A stretch of 64,000 nucleotides of DNA from Pseudomonadota bacterium (GTDB taxonomy: Bacteria > Pseudomonadota > Gammaproteobacteria > Steroidobacterales > Steroidobacteraceae), in contig JBDTSV010000175.1 in assembly GCA_039930985.1 (NCBI GenBank), positions 10,437 to 74,436 of the forward strand, read 5' to 3'. The first letter of the stretch is position 1; every line of letters starts with the position of its first letter. Shown one piece after another: positions 25,917-36,926 of this stretch. The notes beneath the pieces were generated by a model, which worked only from the letters and a program-made list of their open reading frames with translations, searched no databases and was not told the DNA's origin. Made by a program: the position numbers and the translations under genes.

Positions 25917-28598
25917 CTACCGTTCGTCCCCGTAGAGGTTGAGTTCCTTGATCACCCAGGGCTGCCAGCCTTCCTTTTCCGTGATGGCGATGCGCAGGTG
26001 TTTGGCTTCAACCGGGGCGGCGAAGTTGAGTCGGGCGTGCGGCTCACCCATCACGTGCGGGGCCACCATGGTCCAGGTCTTGCCGTCGTCGGACGCTTCG
26101 ACGCTATAGATCGGCGCCCAGCCAAGATCCTTGCCGCCCGCGGCCTTCTCGCCGCGAGAATCGACCTCGATGCCGAGAATTTTACTGCGGGCAGGCAACT
26201 CGACCGTGAGCCACTCGATGGGGAATGGTTTGAAGCCCTGGGTGAAGTATCCGGTTTTTGAATCGCCATCGAGCATGGCCGCGAGCGGGGAGCCGTCGCG
26301 CGCTTCCATGTTGGCGGCGAGTTTCCACTCGGCGCGTCGCTTGAAGCGCTGGCGCGGCACGCCGAGCGCAGGAAGCTCACTCGTGAGTTCTTCGAGCGTC
26401 CAGTAGCTAGTGCGCGCGGCATCGGCGGTGCGTCCGGCGGCGATGGCCGCGGGTTCCACCGCGGGCGCGCGGTTGCCGAAGCTGTTGCGGATGTAGGTGA
26501 GCACGTTGGCGAGCTCGGCGTCGGAGTAGGTATTCATCGGCACCATGGGCGCGCTGTATTCGACGCCGTCCAGCTTGCCCTGCAGGCCGTGGAGAACGAT
26601 GGCGATGGTCGCGCGTTGATCGCCCAGCACCCGTGACGAACCGGCGAGCGGCGGCGCGATAGTGCGACCCTCGGCTGCGGGCACAGGCGCGCCACGACCA
26701 TCAGTGCCGTGGCACGCAAAACAGACCGAGTTGTAGAGCGTCGCGCCCGAGCGATAAGTCTTCAGGCCGTTGATGCCGAGCAGGAGAATGAGCTGCGGAT
26801 CTTCGTTGTTGGCTTCGTCCCAGAGCTGCTCATTGATCGCGTAAACGCCGGCCGAGGCAGAGGCTTTGGCGGTAGCCTGAATCATCTTTTTCGCATCGGG
26901 CAGCGCGGCGCGACGCACCGACAGCATGGCCTGGATGGTGACGCGCGGATCAGCGTCGCGCAGGCCACCGCGCATCGCCGTAACCAGCGAGCCATGAGCC
27001 GCGGACTTGGCGTTGACGCGTGAATCGGCGAGGCGCAGCCCGGCGATCCGCACTTGCGGATCCGTCGACTTCAGCGCGCGCAGGATCAGTTTGTCGCTGA
27101 GCGCGCCGAGACCGTCGAGCGTCCACAGTGCGTGCAGCCGCGGGCGGGGATCAGCTGTGTCCTGGGCGCCAAGTTTCTCGAGGGCGGGGACGACCGAAAG
27201 ATCGCGACGCAGGACGAGAAGTTTCTGCGCGGTGTCGCGCCACCAGCCATTGGGATGGGACAGGTGCTGCACCCACTCGGCGGGAGTTTCATCGAGCATG
27301 TGCGGTTGCGGGCCGGGCTCGAAATTGTCGTGACGCAGGCGATAGATGCGGCCCCGGCCGATCTTGTTTTGCAGCGCATAGGCCTCGATCTGCGAGCGCA
27401 GATAGCTGCCCTTTGGGGTCCAGTTTGCCTGCTGGATGATGCCGCGATACATGTCGACGATGTAAAGAGTGCCGTCGGGCGCGGTGATCATGTTGACGGG
27501 GCGGAACAGAGGATCGCTCGCGCGGATGAATTCGCTCTGTTGAGCTTCGTAGGGGTTGGCCAAGCGGGTGACGCCATCCTCGACCGTGATCAGCGTGCGG
27601 CGGATCAGACGACCGACCGGCTCGGCAAAGAACAGGTTGCCGCGCAACTCGGCCGGCAGGCGGTCGCCGCGGAAAATATCCTGGCCGCTGGTGGCGGTGA
27701 AATGGTTGAGGGTGTTGTCCGGGCGCAGCTGGCCGGGACCGCCCTGGGTGTCGGGAATGTGGCTGATGGGCCAGACGGTTTTGTACTGGCCGATGAGTTC
27801 GTCTGGCGCAGCGAACTGGCCATAGATGATGTGCTGTTGGAAATGCACCGGGCCAGTTTCGTTGCCGGCGTTGACGAACCAGACCTTGCCCCAGTCGTCT
27901 TGCGTGAGCCCCCACTGGCCGCCGTTGACCGGGATCTGTTCCTTGATCGCCTTGCCGTCGCGGCCGAACCTTAGACGATAGTCGTAGTAGGTGGAGTAGA
28001 TGCCATTGTCCATGGCCCACACCAGGCCGTTGGGCTGGTGCTCCATGTTGCCGCCGCGCTTGCCGCCCTGGAACCACAGGGTCTTCTCGTCGGCCACGCC
28101 GTCGCCATTGCTGTCGCGGTAGATGTAGAGGTCATCGGAATTCGTCTCGCCGATGATGATGCGGTCATCGAGCGGCAGGAGGATGCGCGGCAGCAGTAGT
28201 TTGTCGGCGAACACGGTGTGTTTGTCGTAGACACCGTCGCCGTCGGTATCCTCATGGCGCGAGACGCGGCTCACCGGCACCTGCTCGCCGGTGCCGTCGG
28301 CGTCCTGCATATAAGTGCGCATCTCGGCGACGTACATCCGGCCGTTGCCATCGAAGGCGATCATCACCGGTTCGGCGATGTCGGGTTCGGTCAGCACCGG
28401 CTGGAGCCGATAGCCGCTCGGTAACTGCATCGTGGCGATGCTGTCTGAGGGCGACAGAGGCATGGGGAGTGGGGGCGGCGCGGCGGCAACCGTTTCGGCC
28501 GGAGCGTGGGGCAACTCAGCCGGTGTCGAACACGATGCCAGCAAAACCAGCGCAATGATCGGCAGAAGAACGAGGTATTTTTTGGGTTGGTGCATCAC
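25917..28598 (-). CDS. multidomain lipoprotein: membrane-bound-dehydrogenase-like beta-propeller, HEAT repeats, c-type cytochrome and F5/8 type C (discoidin) domain
   Basis: Lipobox LLASCS. The N-terminal region resembles PQQ-sugar-dehydrogenase ([16 protein letters not shown]). Heme motif CFACHG. The C-terminal tail is discoidin-like. Confidence 0.85.
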   Translation of the reverse strand: MMHQPKKYLVLLPIIALVLLASCSTPAELPHAPAETVAAAPPPLPMPLSPSDSIATMQLPSGYRLQPVLTEPDIAEPVMIAFDGNGRMYVAEMRTYMQDADGTGEQVPVSRVSRHEDTDGDGVYDKHTVFADKLLLPRILLPLDDRIIIGETNSDDLYIYRDSNGDGVADEKTLWFQGGKRGGNMEHQPNGLVWAMDNGIYSTYYDYRLRFGRDGKAIKEQIPVNGGQWGLTQDDWGKVWFVNAGNETGPVHFQQHIIYGQFAAPDELIGQYKTVWPISHIPDTQGGPGQLRPDNTLNHFTATSGQDIFRGDRLPAELRGNLFFAEPVGRLIRRTLITVEDGVTRLANPYEAQQSEFIRASDPLFRPVNMITAPDGTLYIVDMYRGIIQQANWTPKGSYLRSQIEAYALQNKIGRGRIYRLRHDNFEPGPQPHMLDETPAEWVQHLSHPNGWWRDTAQKLLVLRRDLSVVPALEKLGAQDTADPRPRLHALWTLDGLGALSDKLILRALKSTDPQVRIAGLRLADSRVNAKSAAHGSLVTAMRGGLRDADPRVTIQAMLSVRRAALPDAKKMIQATAKASASAGVYAINEQLWDEANNEDPQLILLLGINGLKTYRSGATLYNSVCFACHGTDGRGAPVPAAEGRTIAPPLAGSSRVLGDQRATIAIVLHGLQGKLDGVEYSAPMVPMNTYSDAELANVLTYIRNSFGNRAPAVEPAAIAAGRTADAARTSYWTLEELTSELPALGVPRQRFKRRAEWKLAANMEARDGSPLAAMLDGDSKTGYFTQGFKPFPIEWLTVELPARSKILGIEVDSRGEKAAGGKDLGWAPIYSVEASDDGKTWTMVAPHVMGEPHARLNFAAPVEAKHLRIAITEKEGWQPWVIKELNLYGDER

Positions 28599-28845
28599 GG
28601 ATAACCATGGTCAATTTTCGATGACCTTGCGGATTAGGCTGGTCGCATGACGCGAAATCGCGTCGCTAATTCGTGGGCGACCGACAGGGCGAGGGGCGAC
28701 GGCATGGTTTACATGGTATGCATTTGCGGCGCCATTGACCAAAAGTGTGGGCTGGAAGCGTGGCCAAGAGTCGTGACACGATTCTCTCAGCGATATATTT
28801 CTTTTGACAGGATTTTGACGCAACCGCGAAGGCGGCGTCCTCGAC

Positions 28846-29119
28846 AAGCGTCGAAGACGCGGTGGTTGTCCTGAACGCCGTCAAGGCCGTCAAGGCCGGC
28901 AGGGGCGCCTATGGCGACAACGCGAACACCGGCGAGTACGGAGACATGCTCAAGAGGCCATGCTCGATCCGGCCAAGGTCGCGCGCCGCGCGCTGCAGAA
29001 TGCAGCCTCGTTGGCCGACCTGGTGCTCACGACGGAAGTCATGATCGCGGCAGCGACGAAGGAAAGTAGAGCATTCACACGACAGTGCGCCGGGTCGAGG
29101 GGGCGGGATGGGCATGTAA
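28846..29119 (+). pseudogene. groEL: groEL 3'-terminal relic (fragment A), frameshifted
   Basis: Translates in shifting frames to VEDAVVVLNAVKA(VKA)GRGAYGDNANTGEYGDML / MLDPAKVARRALQNAASLADLVLTTEVMIAAATKE / ...GGGMGM-stop. This corresponds to the last ~90 residues of chaperonin GroEL. No upstream groEL body is present. Confidence 0.7.
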
Positions 29120-29174
29120 GGAGCGGCTATGCTCGTTGCGGTCCGACGTTCAACGTCGACTGGTAGATAGAGAA

Positions 29175-29214
29175 GACCCCCGTCGGGAAACCGCCCGGGG
29201 GTCCTTCATTTTCA
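29175..29214. terminator. GC-rich hairpin plus T-tract (rho-independent terminator-like)
   Basis: gacccccg (29175-29182) pairs with cgggggtc (29196-29203) and is followed by cttcattttc. It lies after the groEL relic stop and also 3' of the convergent gene 29298-30152. Confidence 0.5.
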
Positions 29215-29297
29215 GCGCCTAGCCTTTCGTCGGCACCTCGGGTCTAACAAGCAGCCGAGCCGTTTCCAGCGCGTCCGAGGCAATACTACCGGCAGTC

Positions 29298-30152
29298 TCA
29301 GCGGTTAAAGCGATTGTCGAAGCGATGATCGCAGTCCGCGCATTCTTCGGTCGCTTCCACGGTCCAGAACACGTGCGTGACGGTACGCGAGCCGTCGCGG
29401 TTGGAGCGCTCGTACAGGGAACTGCGGCCATGATGTCCCTGCCGCACGAGCGTGCCCCAGGTCTCCGGGCGGTCGTGATCGACGTCTGCTTCGGATGACG
29501 ACGCCGTCATGGCCGACATCGCCGCGACCGTCGAGGTTGAATCCAGGTGCTGGTAGATGATGGACAGCTCCTGGAAATCATGCGCGTTGGGCTTCGTGCT
29601 CACCGAGCTGCCGGCATTCGCGCCGGTGTTCGAGAAGTAATCCATGCACGTGTTCAACGACGAACCGTCTTCGGACTGGTGGTCCAGGCCGTAGGTGTGC
29701 GCCACTTCCTGACACATCACATGTTCGCGCTCATTGGTGTTGTTGTAGGCGGCGGTGTTGAAGTAGGTGTCGTTCATCTTGGCCGAGCCCTGGGTGATAT
29801 GCGTGCCGCCAGTGATGTTGATCGACGCCAGCCCGAGCCAGCCATTGTTGCCGTACTTTCCATTGCAGACCTGCGTGGTGCCCGCGACCATGGAGCAACG
29901 GCGATTCGAAGCTCCGGCGGCGACGGCGGTCAGCACCGGACTGTTGCCGGAATTCCAGTCGCGTGAGGTTTGCGCGAGGTGCGATTTCCAGTCGGATGAC
30001 GTGAGGTTGTCTCCGAGCTTCAATGTGAACTGCGGCGTGGTTCGGGCCCAGTGATAGCCGCCCCACGAGTGGGTAGCTAGAGTTATGGCTGGAACTAAGG
30101 CAGCGATTACAATCAGTGCGATGAACGTGCCCTTCCGAATTTTCGTTTTCAT
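29298..30152 (-). CDS. secreted metzincin-like zinc metalloprotease (variant motif)
   Basis: Signal/anchor MKTKIRKGTFIALIVIAALVPAITLA. The motif HVMCQEVAHTYGLDHQ has the form xExxHxxGxxH. A GGAG-like sequence lies upstream of the start. Confidence 0.6.
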   Translation of the reverse strand: MKTKIRKGTFIALIVIAALVPAITLATHSWGGYHWARTTPQFTLKLGDNLTSSDWKSHLAQTSRDWNSGNSPVLTAVAAGASNRRCSMVAGTTQVCNGKYGNNGWLGLASINITGGTHITQGSAKMNDTYFNTAAYNNTNEREHVMCQEVAHTYGLDHQSEDGSSLNTCMDYFSNTGANAGSSVSTKPNAHDFQELSIIYQHLDSTSTVAAMSAMTASSSEADVDHDRPETWGTLVRQGHHGRSSLYERSNRDGSRTVTHVFWTVEATEECADCDHRFDNRFNR

Positions 30153-30299
30153 GAATCTCCCTTTGGCAGTCGCAACGTGACTGCCGTTTCATGATGCGCT
30201 CAGCGCCGCTGCAAGTCGAACTACATGCTCCTAGTGCGATCCCGTGTAAGGGACTGGCACTTTTTACATGGAGATGGCGTCGAGGATGGCCTCGCGTTC

Positions 30300-30481
30300 A
30301 CCCCGCAGACGTTCGAGTCCTGTCGCACTCAATCGAGGAGCCGCCGCTTCCGATCATCGAGAACGCTGGCGAAGATGCCTCGGTTGTCGTGGACGCCGTC
30401 AAGGCGGGCAAGCGCGCCTATGGTTACAACGCGGCCACCGGCGAATACGGCGACATGGTGGGAGAAGGCATCCTCGATCCA
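30300..30481 (+). pseudogene. groEL: groEL internal relic (fragment B)
   Basis: Translates to SIEEPPLPIIENAGEDASVVVDAVKAGKRAYGYNAATGEYGDMVGEGILDP, which corresponds to GroEL around ALEAPLRQI..NAG...GYNAATGEYGDM..GILDP. Similarity ends abruptly after ILDP. Confidence 0.7.
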
Positions 30482-30574
30482 GGGGGCCGCAGACTCGACA
30501 CCTGTCAACCATCATCGCCGTAAAGATTGAGTTCCCAGATCACGCGGAGTTGTCACCAACACGTGCGGGATCGT

Positions 30575-31921
30575 TCAGGGTGATGTGACCGGCAATCGGA
30601 TCGTGAATCGCGTCCCCGTCCCGACAATGCTATGGACATCGAACGCGCCGCCGTGACGTTCGACGACGATCGAGCGCGAAATGGCCAGGCCCTGGCCGGT
30701 ACCCTTGCCCACTTCCTTGGTCGTGAAGAACGGGTCGAATATCTTTTCGAGGTTATGGGACTCGATGCCACAGCCATTGTCTTCGAGGCTGATGTGCACC
30801 TCCGCGCCCACGTGGCTGGTGGCCATCCGGATCTGGCCGCTCGACACGTCCTTTCCCGCCGCTTCGATGGCATGCGCGGCGTTGACGATCAGATTGAGAA
30901 AAACCTGGTTGAGCTCGCCGATGTTGCACGGGATGAGCGGCAGCGGCGCGAGGTGCAGATCGATGACCGCCAGGTGTTTGTATTCACTTCGCGCCACCTC
31001 CAGCGTCGTCTCGATCGCCCTGTTGAGGTCGGCCGAGCTGTGCGCCTCTGAATTCGGGTGCGAGAACTCCTTCATGGCACGGACGATGTTCGTGACTCGC
31101 TTTATACCGTCGCGCGCGCGCTGCATCGCCGTCGGCAGCTCAGTCAGCAGGTAGTCGGCCTCCAGTTCGGCGGCCACTTGATCGCCGCGCTCGCGATTGG
31201 TGCGATAGGCGGAGATGACGTCGGCGAGGTCGTTGACCGACTCGCTCAGGAACGTCACGTTGTCGGAGATGAACTGCATGGGAGTATTGATCTCGTGTGC
31301 CACGCCGGCAGCGAGTCGTCCCACAGCCTCGAGCTTTTGCGCCATCCGCAGCTCGAGCGCGAGCCGGTCGCGCTCATGTTCACGACTTTCGACGCGATCC
31401 TGCAGCTCCTTCTTGATGCGGGAATCTTCGACGCTCTGCGTGATGTCGGTCGCGATGCCGACGAAGTGCCCGGCTCTGCCGTCGGCACCCAGAATCGGAG
31501 AGATGTTCAGGCTGAGCCACAGCGGACGCCCGCTCGAATGGACACCTTTCACGACAACGCGGATCGGGCGGCTTTGGCGCATGGCCTCGCGCATTTCTTC
31601 CCGCTGCGACGGACTGTGATTGTCCGTACGCATGACTTGTTCAACAGATTCCCCGATCAGCTCCTCGCGCACGCGGCCATGTCGTTCCGCCAGCGACAGG
31701 TTTGCGAACACGATCCGCCCCTTGCGATCGGTGATGAGCACGTGCTGCTCGGAGGCGTCGAGCGCGCCCAGCAGCAGACGCCAGTCGGCCGCGACCAGAT
31801 CTTCCAGCACCAGTGGACCCACGACAGCGCTCAGCACAACGAAAATTGGCTCATCCCCGGATAATCGCCCGAGACGAAAAAATCTTGAGTGATCAGGCAC
31901 ACGCCATTCGGAATACGCCAA
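30575..31921 (-). CDS. PAS-domain sensor histidine kinase (no adjacent response regulator)
   Basis: PAS-like region ([15 protein letters not shown]). H-box [18 protein letters not shown]1 and G2 boxes are present ([23 protein letters not shown]). Confidence 0.85.
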   Translation of the reverse strand: MAYSEWRVPDHSRFFRLGRLSGDEPIFVVLSAVVGPLVLEDLVAADWRLLLGALDASEQHVLITDRKGRIVFANLSLAERHGRVREELIGESVEQVMRTDNHSPSQREEMREAMRQSRPIRVVVKGVHSSGRPLWLSLNISPILGADGRAGHFVGIATDITQSVEDSRIKKELQDRVESREHERDRLALELRMAQKLEAVGRLAAGVAHEINTPMQFISDNVTFLSESVNDLADVISAYRTNRERGDQVAAELEADYLLTELPTAMQRARDGIKRVTNIVRAMKEFSHPNSEAHSSADLNRAIETTLEVARSEYKHLAVIDLHLAPLPLIPCNIGELNQVFLNLIVNAAHAIEAAGKDVSSGQIRMATSHVGAEVHISLEDNGCGIESHNLEKIFDPFFTTKEVGKGTGQGLAISRSIVVERHGGAFDVHSIVGTGTRFTIRLPVTSP

Positions 31922-31949
31922 ACCGTGCAGCGGCCTAAGGGAATCCGCG

Positions 31950-33931
31950 TCAGTGGTGCGGCTGGTCCAGCGGCAGCTCGAACGAGCTCACCGGTAGCCC
32001 GCCCAGCGACTTAAGCTCGCATACGCCGCCATCCGACCAGCAATATCGCAGCCGCGTTGCCGTGGGCAGCGTGGTGCGGTCTATCTCTATGAGGTTGCCA
32101 CGCTGCGTCGCTGGGGAGGCGACGCAGCTGCCGGCCTCGGCGCCGCACAGCGCAAATCCCGTCACACTTTTTCCCTGCGCATCGGCGGCGGACAACGGCG
32201 GCGCGAACTCGAGCACCAGTGATTCGCCCGCCGCGGCAATTCGCGGCACGATGCCATTCTTTGCGCCGATTCCATTGATCGCCCTGGCCACCTGCAGCGC
32301 CCGCTGCGCCACGGCGTATTTCAGGCGGGGATGGATGTCGGCGTCGTCTCCCAGATCCTGGGTGACCACCATGCCGACGCGAGCATCGCCTTTCGCGACC
32401 CGCTGTTGAATGTTGCGCAGGCTGGCCCATTGGGATTCAACCGGTGCCTGGGTGATGGCGCCGTAGTTAGGAAGCTGCACGACGATGAACGGCAGCTCGC
32501 GGCCGAACCATTGACGCCAGTCGTGGATCAGGCCGGGGAGTAGCTCGGCGTAATCCCCCTTGTCCACATTCGATTCCCCCTGGTACCAGATCACGCCGCT
32601 GGGGCTGAGCGGCTGCAGCGGCGCGATCATGCCGTTGAACATGCCGGTGATGCCCGAAACGCTTTCCCAGGGTGCTCGCGGTGGATAGCCGGTGTCTTTG
32701 GGTACGAAGCGGTATTTCCAGTCGCTCCCGAGCGGTATGAATTCACCGTCGTCGAAGCGGATGCCGAGGTCCGCCTCCGGCCCGTACATGCCGCCGGCTT
32801 CATAGGTGCTCGTGACGAACACGCTGAACTGATTGGTGCCGGGTTTGAGTATCCCGCCAGCCAGCGGGTATTCGCGTCGCGTGCCGTAACCAAAGGTGTT
32901 GGCGACGAACTTGCCGTTGAGCCAGGTGGTGTCCACCTCGTCGATTTTTCCCAGCACGAAGGTTGCGCCCTTGCGGCTCTGCGCCTCGGTGAGCTCGAAT
33001 CGCCTGGAGAACCACACGTTGCCGGTGAACTTAGCGAGGCGGGAGTCTGGATAGGTTCGCCAATCGCGCAGCGGTGCGTCGTTCCAGTCGGCGTTCCCGT
33101 CGAGCAGTCCCTGCTCCCAGACTGGGCCCAATGAAGAATGGGACTGCCACCACTTCACCCACTCGCCGGCAAACTCCACTTCGGCGGCGCGCGGGTTGGC
33201 GCGGTAGTGTCGCAGCAGATTTACGCGCGTGCGGTACGCCGGCCACCGCGCGAGCTGACCTTCCCCGATCCACGGTTCGATGGATGAGCCACCCCAGGAT
33301 GCGTTGATCAGCCCGATGGGCAGACCTTCTTCGGAGATTTTGCGGTGTGCAAAGAAATAGCAGACCGCCGAGAAGCGACGGATGCTTTGTGCATCGGCGA
33401 TCTGCCAGGACGGCTTCTTGGCGAAATCTTCGTGCGGTGACAACGAAGTTTGCTGGGCCACCGCCAGAAGGCGAATGGCTGGATGACCTTGCATGACGTC
33501 GGCGGGCTGGTCGGTGGACCTGACAACCGGGAACTCCATGTTCGACTGGCCCGAACACAGCCACACTTCCCCAGCCAGAACATCGGCAAGCGTGGTGCCA
33601 GCGCCCTGTTCGTCCTTCAGTGAGAGGGAATAGGGGCCGCCGGCCCGCAACGGCCTGACATTGGCGCGCCAATGGCCCCGCGAGTCGCTGCGAAATACGT
33701 AATGGAACTATCCACTTGCAGCGTGAGTTTCTGTCGAGGCGCCGCCTGGCCAGTGATCGTCAGCGGCACATCATGCGGCAGCACCATGCCCGAGCCGAAC
33801 ACATCGGCGAAGGTTGCGGCGGGCTGCGCAGCGGTGGCCGGCGCGGCAATTCCGGTGGCACTCACGAGAATTGTGCCAACGGCCATGAGTACGACGAATG
33901 ACGCACGATGCGTGTCGGTTGGGGTACGCAT
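31950..33931 (-). pseudogene. sialate O-acetylesterase-like SGNH/CE hydrolase, interrupted by a frameshift near 33690-33710
   Basis: The body ORF (31950-33650) contains AGGPYSLSL and CSGQSNMEFPV. The signal peptide and first beta-rich segment (MRTPTDTH...ADVFGSGMVLPHDVPLTITGQA...LTLQVDSS) are in a different frame (ORF 33617-34099, ATG at 33931). Confidence 0.75.
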
Positions 33932-33951
33932 GTGAGTAGTAAGAGCGGCTG

Positions 33952-34935
33952 TCACCAGCGCTGGTGAACGAACGGTTTGACGTCCGTCTCGTAGAGGCGG
34001 GCAAGCGCCGCCAGCAATTCGGCGTCGAGCGCTCCTTTCGTGCCTGCCGCCACGTTCTGCTCGACCTGTTCGACGCGCCGCGCACCGGGAATCGAGCAAG
34101 TCACGGCGGGAAACGACGCGATGTAGCGCAGGGCGAGCTCCGGCAGGGTCATGCCAGCGGGCAGCAAATCGCGCAGCTTCTGTACCACCTGCAAGCTCTG
34201 CTCGTAGTCGAAGCCGGAGAAGGTTTCACCCTTGTCGAACGCCGCCCCCTCCCGATTGAAAGCACGATGATCGTCCGGATGAAAGCGAGTGGCGCTGGTC
34301 AGTTTGCCGGTCAACATGCCAGACGAAAGCGGCAGGCGCGCCAAGATGCCGACGTTGCGCGCGACTGCGCGCGGGAACAGAAGCTCCGCGGGGCGCTGGC
34401 GCAGGATGTTGAATATCACCTGCAATGTCTGCAGCTGCGGATACTCCAGTGCCTTCAAGCCTTCCTCGACGCGCTCGACGCTGGCTCCGTAGAACCGCAC
34501 CTTCCCGGCCTTCACCAGGTCGTCGAAAACACCGAACACTTCGGGCATGTAGAAGACGTCAGTGGGTGGACAATGGATCTGCACCAGGTCGAGCGCCGAC
34601 ACCTCGAGGTTGGTCAGGCAGCGCTCTACGTACTGGGTCAGGTTTTCGCGGGTGAAGCTTTCCTTGACGTGCGGATTCGAGCGGCGCCCGATCTTGGTGG
34701 CGACCCAAAACGGATCGCGACGCTCACGCCGCAGGCGAGCCAGGAGTCGTTCGCTGTGCCCATCGCCATAGACGTCCGCCGTGTCGAAGAAATTGACGCC
34801 CAGGTCCAGGGCGCGATGCAGGCAGCGCATTGCCTCGCCATCATCCACCTGACCCCAGGTGCCACCGATGGCCCAGGCACCGAAGCTGACGCTGGAAACA
34901 TTGAAACCGGTTCGACCGAGTGATTTGTATTGCAT
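33952..34935 (-). CDS. aldo/keto reductase
   Basis: MQYKSLGRTGFNVSSVSFGAWAIGG...GVNFFDTADVYGDGHSE is a classical AKR N-terminus. The longer ORF reaching 35310 overlaps rfbF and was rejected. Confidence 0.88.
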   Translation of the reverse strand: MQYKSLGRTGFNVSSVSFGAWAIGGTWGQVDDGEAMRCLHRALDLGVNFFDTADVYGDGHSERLLARLRRERRDPFWVATKIGRRSNPHVKESFTRENLTQYVERCLTNLEVSALDLVQIHCPPTDVFYMPEVFGVFDDLVKAGKVRFYGASVERVEEGLKALEYPQLQTLQVIFNILRQRPAELLFPRAVARNVGILARLPLSSGMLTGKLTSATRFHPDDHRAFNREGAAFDKGETFSGFDYEQSLQVVQKLRDLLPAGMTLPELALRYIASFPAVTCSIPGARRVEQVEQNVAAGTKGALDAELLAALARLYETDVKPFVHQRW

Positions 34936-35100
34936 GCGCACTTGATACCAGTCCGTTGCTCGACATGCCATGGGGACCTCTTTGGCGGCGGTCCCGGGCG
35001 CGGTTCGGAGAATGTGCGTGGCATGCCGCCGTTCACTGCCATCGATGTTGGTATCCTTCGTTAGGTCCAACATATTCATGAACACCAACCAGCGCACACC

Positions 35101-35868
35101 ATGAAAGCAGTCATTCTCGCCGGTGGTCTCGGCACTCGGTTGTCCGAGGAATCGCACCTGAAGCCAAAGCCCATGATCGAGATCGGCGGCAAGCCGATCT
35201 TGTGGCACATCATGAAGATCTATGCGCATCACGGCATCAACGATTTCGTGATCTGCCTGGGCTACAAGGGCTATGTGATCAAGGAGTACTTCGCCAACTA
35301 CTTCCTGCACATGTCAGACGTGACCTTCGACGTCGCTAAAAATCACATGGAAGTACATCAAAACCATGTCGAGCCCTGGCGGGTGACATTGGTGGACACG
35401 GGCGCGGAGACGATGACGGGCGGCCGGCTGCGCCGCGTACGGGAATACCTCGACAACGAGACGTTCTGCTTCACCTATGGCGATGGCGTGAGCGACGTCA
35501 ACGTTCGCGGGCTCATCGATTTTCATCGCCGTCACGGCAAGCTGGCCACGATCACGGCGATCCAGCCGCCCGGACGGTACGGCGCGCTGAATCTGGACGG
35601 TCAGTTGGTCACCAGCTTCCAGGAAAAGCCCGCGGGCGACGGCGCCTGGATCAACGGCGGTTTTTTCGTGGTCGAGCCGAAAGCAATCGATCTCATCGCG
35701 GGCGATCAAACCAGTTGGGAGCAGGAGCCACTCATGACACTCGCTGCCGGCGGACAACTCATGTCTTACCCGCACACGGGCTTCTGGCAGGCAATGGATA
35801 CGTTACGCGACAAGACCCGGCTCGAGGAACTGTGGGCGAAAGGGTCGGCTCCCTGGAAATCGTGGTGA
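35101..35868 (+). CDS. rfbF: glucose-1-phosphate cytidylyltransferase
   Basis: [60 protein letters not shown] is a near-textbook RfbF. Confidence 0.9.
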   Translation: MKAVILAGGLGTRLSEESHLKPKPMIEIGGKPILWHIMKIYAHHGINDFVICLGYKGYVIKEYFANYFLHMSDVTFDVAKNHMEVHQNHVEPWRVTLVDTGAETMTGGRLRRVREYLDNETFCFTYGDGVSDVNVRGLIDFHRRHGKLATITAIQPPGRYGALNLDGQLVTSFQEKPAGDGAWINGGFFVVEPKAIDLIAGDQTSWEQEPLMTLAAGGQLMSYPHTGFWQAMDTLRDKTRLEELWAKGSAPWKSW

Positions 35869-35875
35869 GCCGATC

Positions 35876-36922
35876 TTGAAAATCCTGATTACCGGCAACA
35901 TGGGTTATATCGGCCCAGTGCTCGTGGCCAGCCTGCGCAGGGCGTTCCCGCACGCCACGCTGGCCGGATTCGACAGCGGATACTTTGCCCACTGCCTGAC
36001 CGGAGCGAACGATCTGCCTGAGCGATTGCTCGATCGCCAGATATTCGGCGATGTGCGCCAGCTGCCGTCTGATCTGCTGGAGGGCATCGATGCGGTCGTT
36101 ATCCTGTCCGCGATATCGAACGATCCCATGGGCAATCGTTTCGAACAGGTAACCACCGACATCAATTGTCTGGCGAGCATCGATATCGCCAAGAAAGCAC
36201 TGTTCGCCGGCGCGACGCGCGTGGTGTTTGCGTCGAGTTGCAGCATGTATGGCTTCGCGCAGGGCGGGGCACGCAAGGAGACGGACGAGCTCAATCCGCT
36301 GACTGCCTATGCGCGGTCCAAAGTTGCGGCAGAGAAAGGTCTGGCGGAACTCGACCCTGGCAAGTCAGTCATTACTTCGCTGCGCTTCTCGACGGCTTGT
36401 GGCATGTCGGATCGCCTTCGCCTCGACCTGGTGCTCAACGATTTCGTCGCCGGCGCGGTCAGCAGCCAGCGCATCACCGTTCTGAGCGACGGATCACCCT
36501 GGCGTCCGCTTATCGAAGTGCGCGACATGGCTCGCGCGGTCGAATGGGCGTTGATGCGTGAGGCCGATCAAGGCGGCAGTTATGTCGCCGTGAACGTCGG
36601 ATCAACCGCATCGACGTACCAGGTAAAGGAGTTGGCGGCAGCCGTCGCCCGCGCCGTTCCCGGCACCGAGGTGAGCATCAATGCCCAGGCACCGCCGGAC
36701 AGGCGTTCTTACAAGGTGGACTTTTCGCTCTATCAATCACTCGCGCCGGCGCACCAGCCGCTGGTCAGTCTGGAGCGCGCGATCGACGATCTCAGAGCGG
36801 GTCTTGCGCGCATGGCATTCAGCGATGCCAACTTTCGCGCGTCGCAGGCAATGCGGCTCAAGGTGCTCGAGAAACTCATTGGTGACGGGAAGCTGACCGA
36901 GCAACTGCGCTGGACCAACTGA
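35876..36922 (+). CDS. NAD-dependent extended-SDR epimerase/dehydratase
   Basis: Rossmann ILITGNMGYIGP (TTG start). Catalytic SSCSMYG...YARSK. Confidence 0.8.
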   Translation: MKILITGNMGYIGPVLVASLRRAFPHATLAGFDSGYFAHCLTGANDLPERLLDRQIFGDVRQLPSDLLEGIDAVVILSAISNDPMGNRFEQVTTDINCLASIDIAKKALFAGATRVVFASSCSMYGFAQGGARKETDELNPLTAYARSKVAAEKGLAELDPGKSVITSLRFSTACGMSDRLRLDLVLNDFVAGAVSSQRITVLSDGSPWRPLIEVRDMARAVEWALMREADQGGSYVAVNVGSTASTYQVKELAAAVARAVPGTEVSINAQAPPDRRSYKVDFSLYQSLAPAHQPLVSLERAIDDLRAGLARMAFSDANFRASQAMRLKVLEKLIGDGKLTEQLRWTN

Positions 36923-36926
36923 TTCA

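Noticed and set aside
30575-31921. Histidine kinase, considered as part of a two-component operon.
   Set aside because: No response-regulator receiver domain is found in any adjacent ORF, so it is treated as an orphan kinase. This is not unusual enough to list as a finding.
33952-35310. Full 452-aa version of the aldo-keto reductase ORF.
   Set aside because: The first 125 codons overlap rfbF and the divergent promoter region and are not AKR-like. The canonical AKR N-terminus starts at the ATG at 34935.
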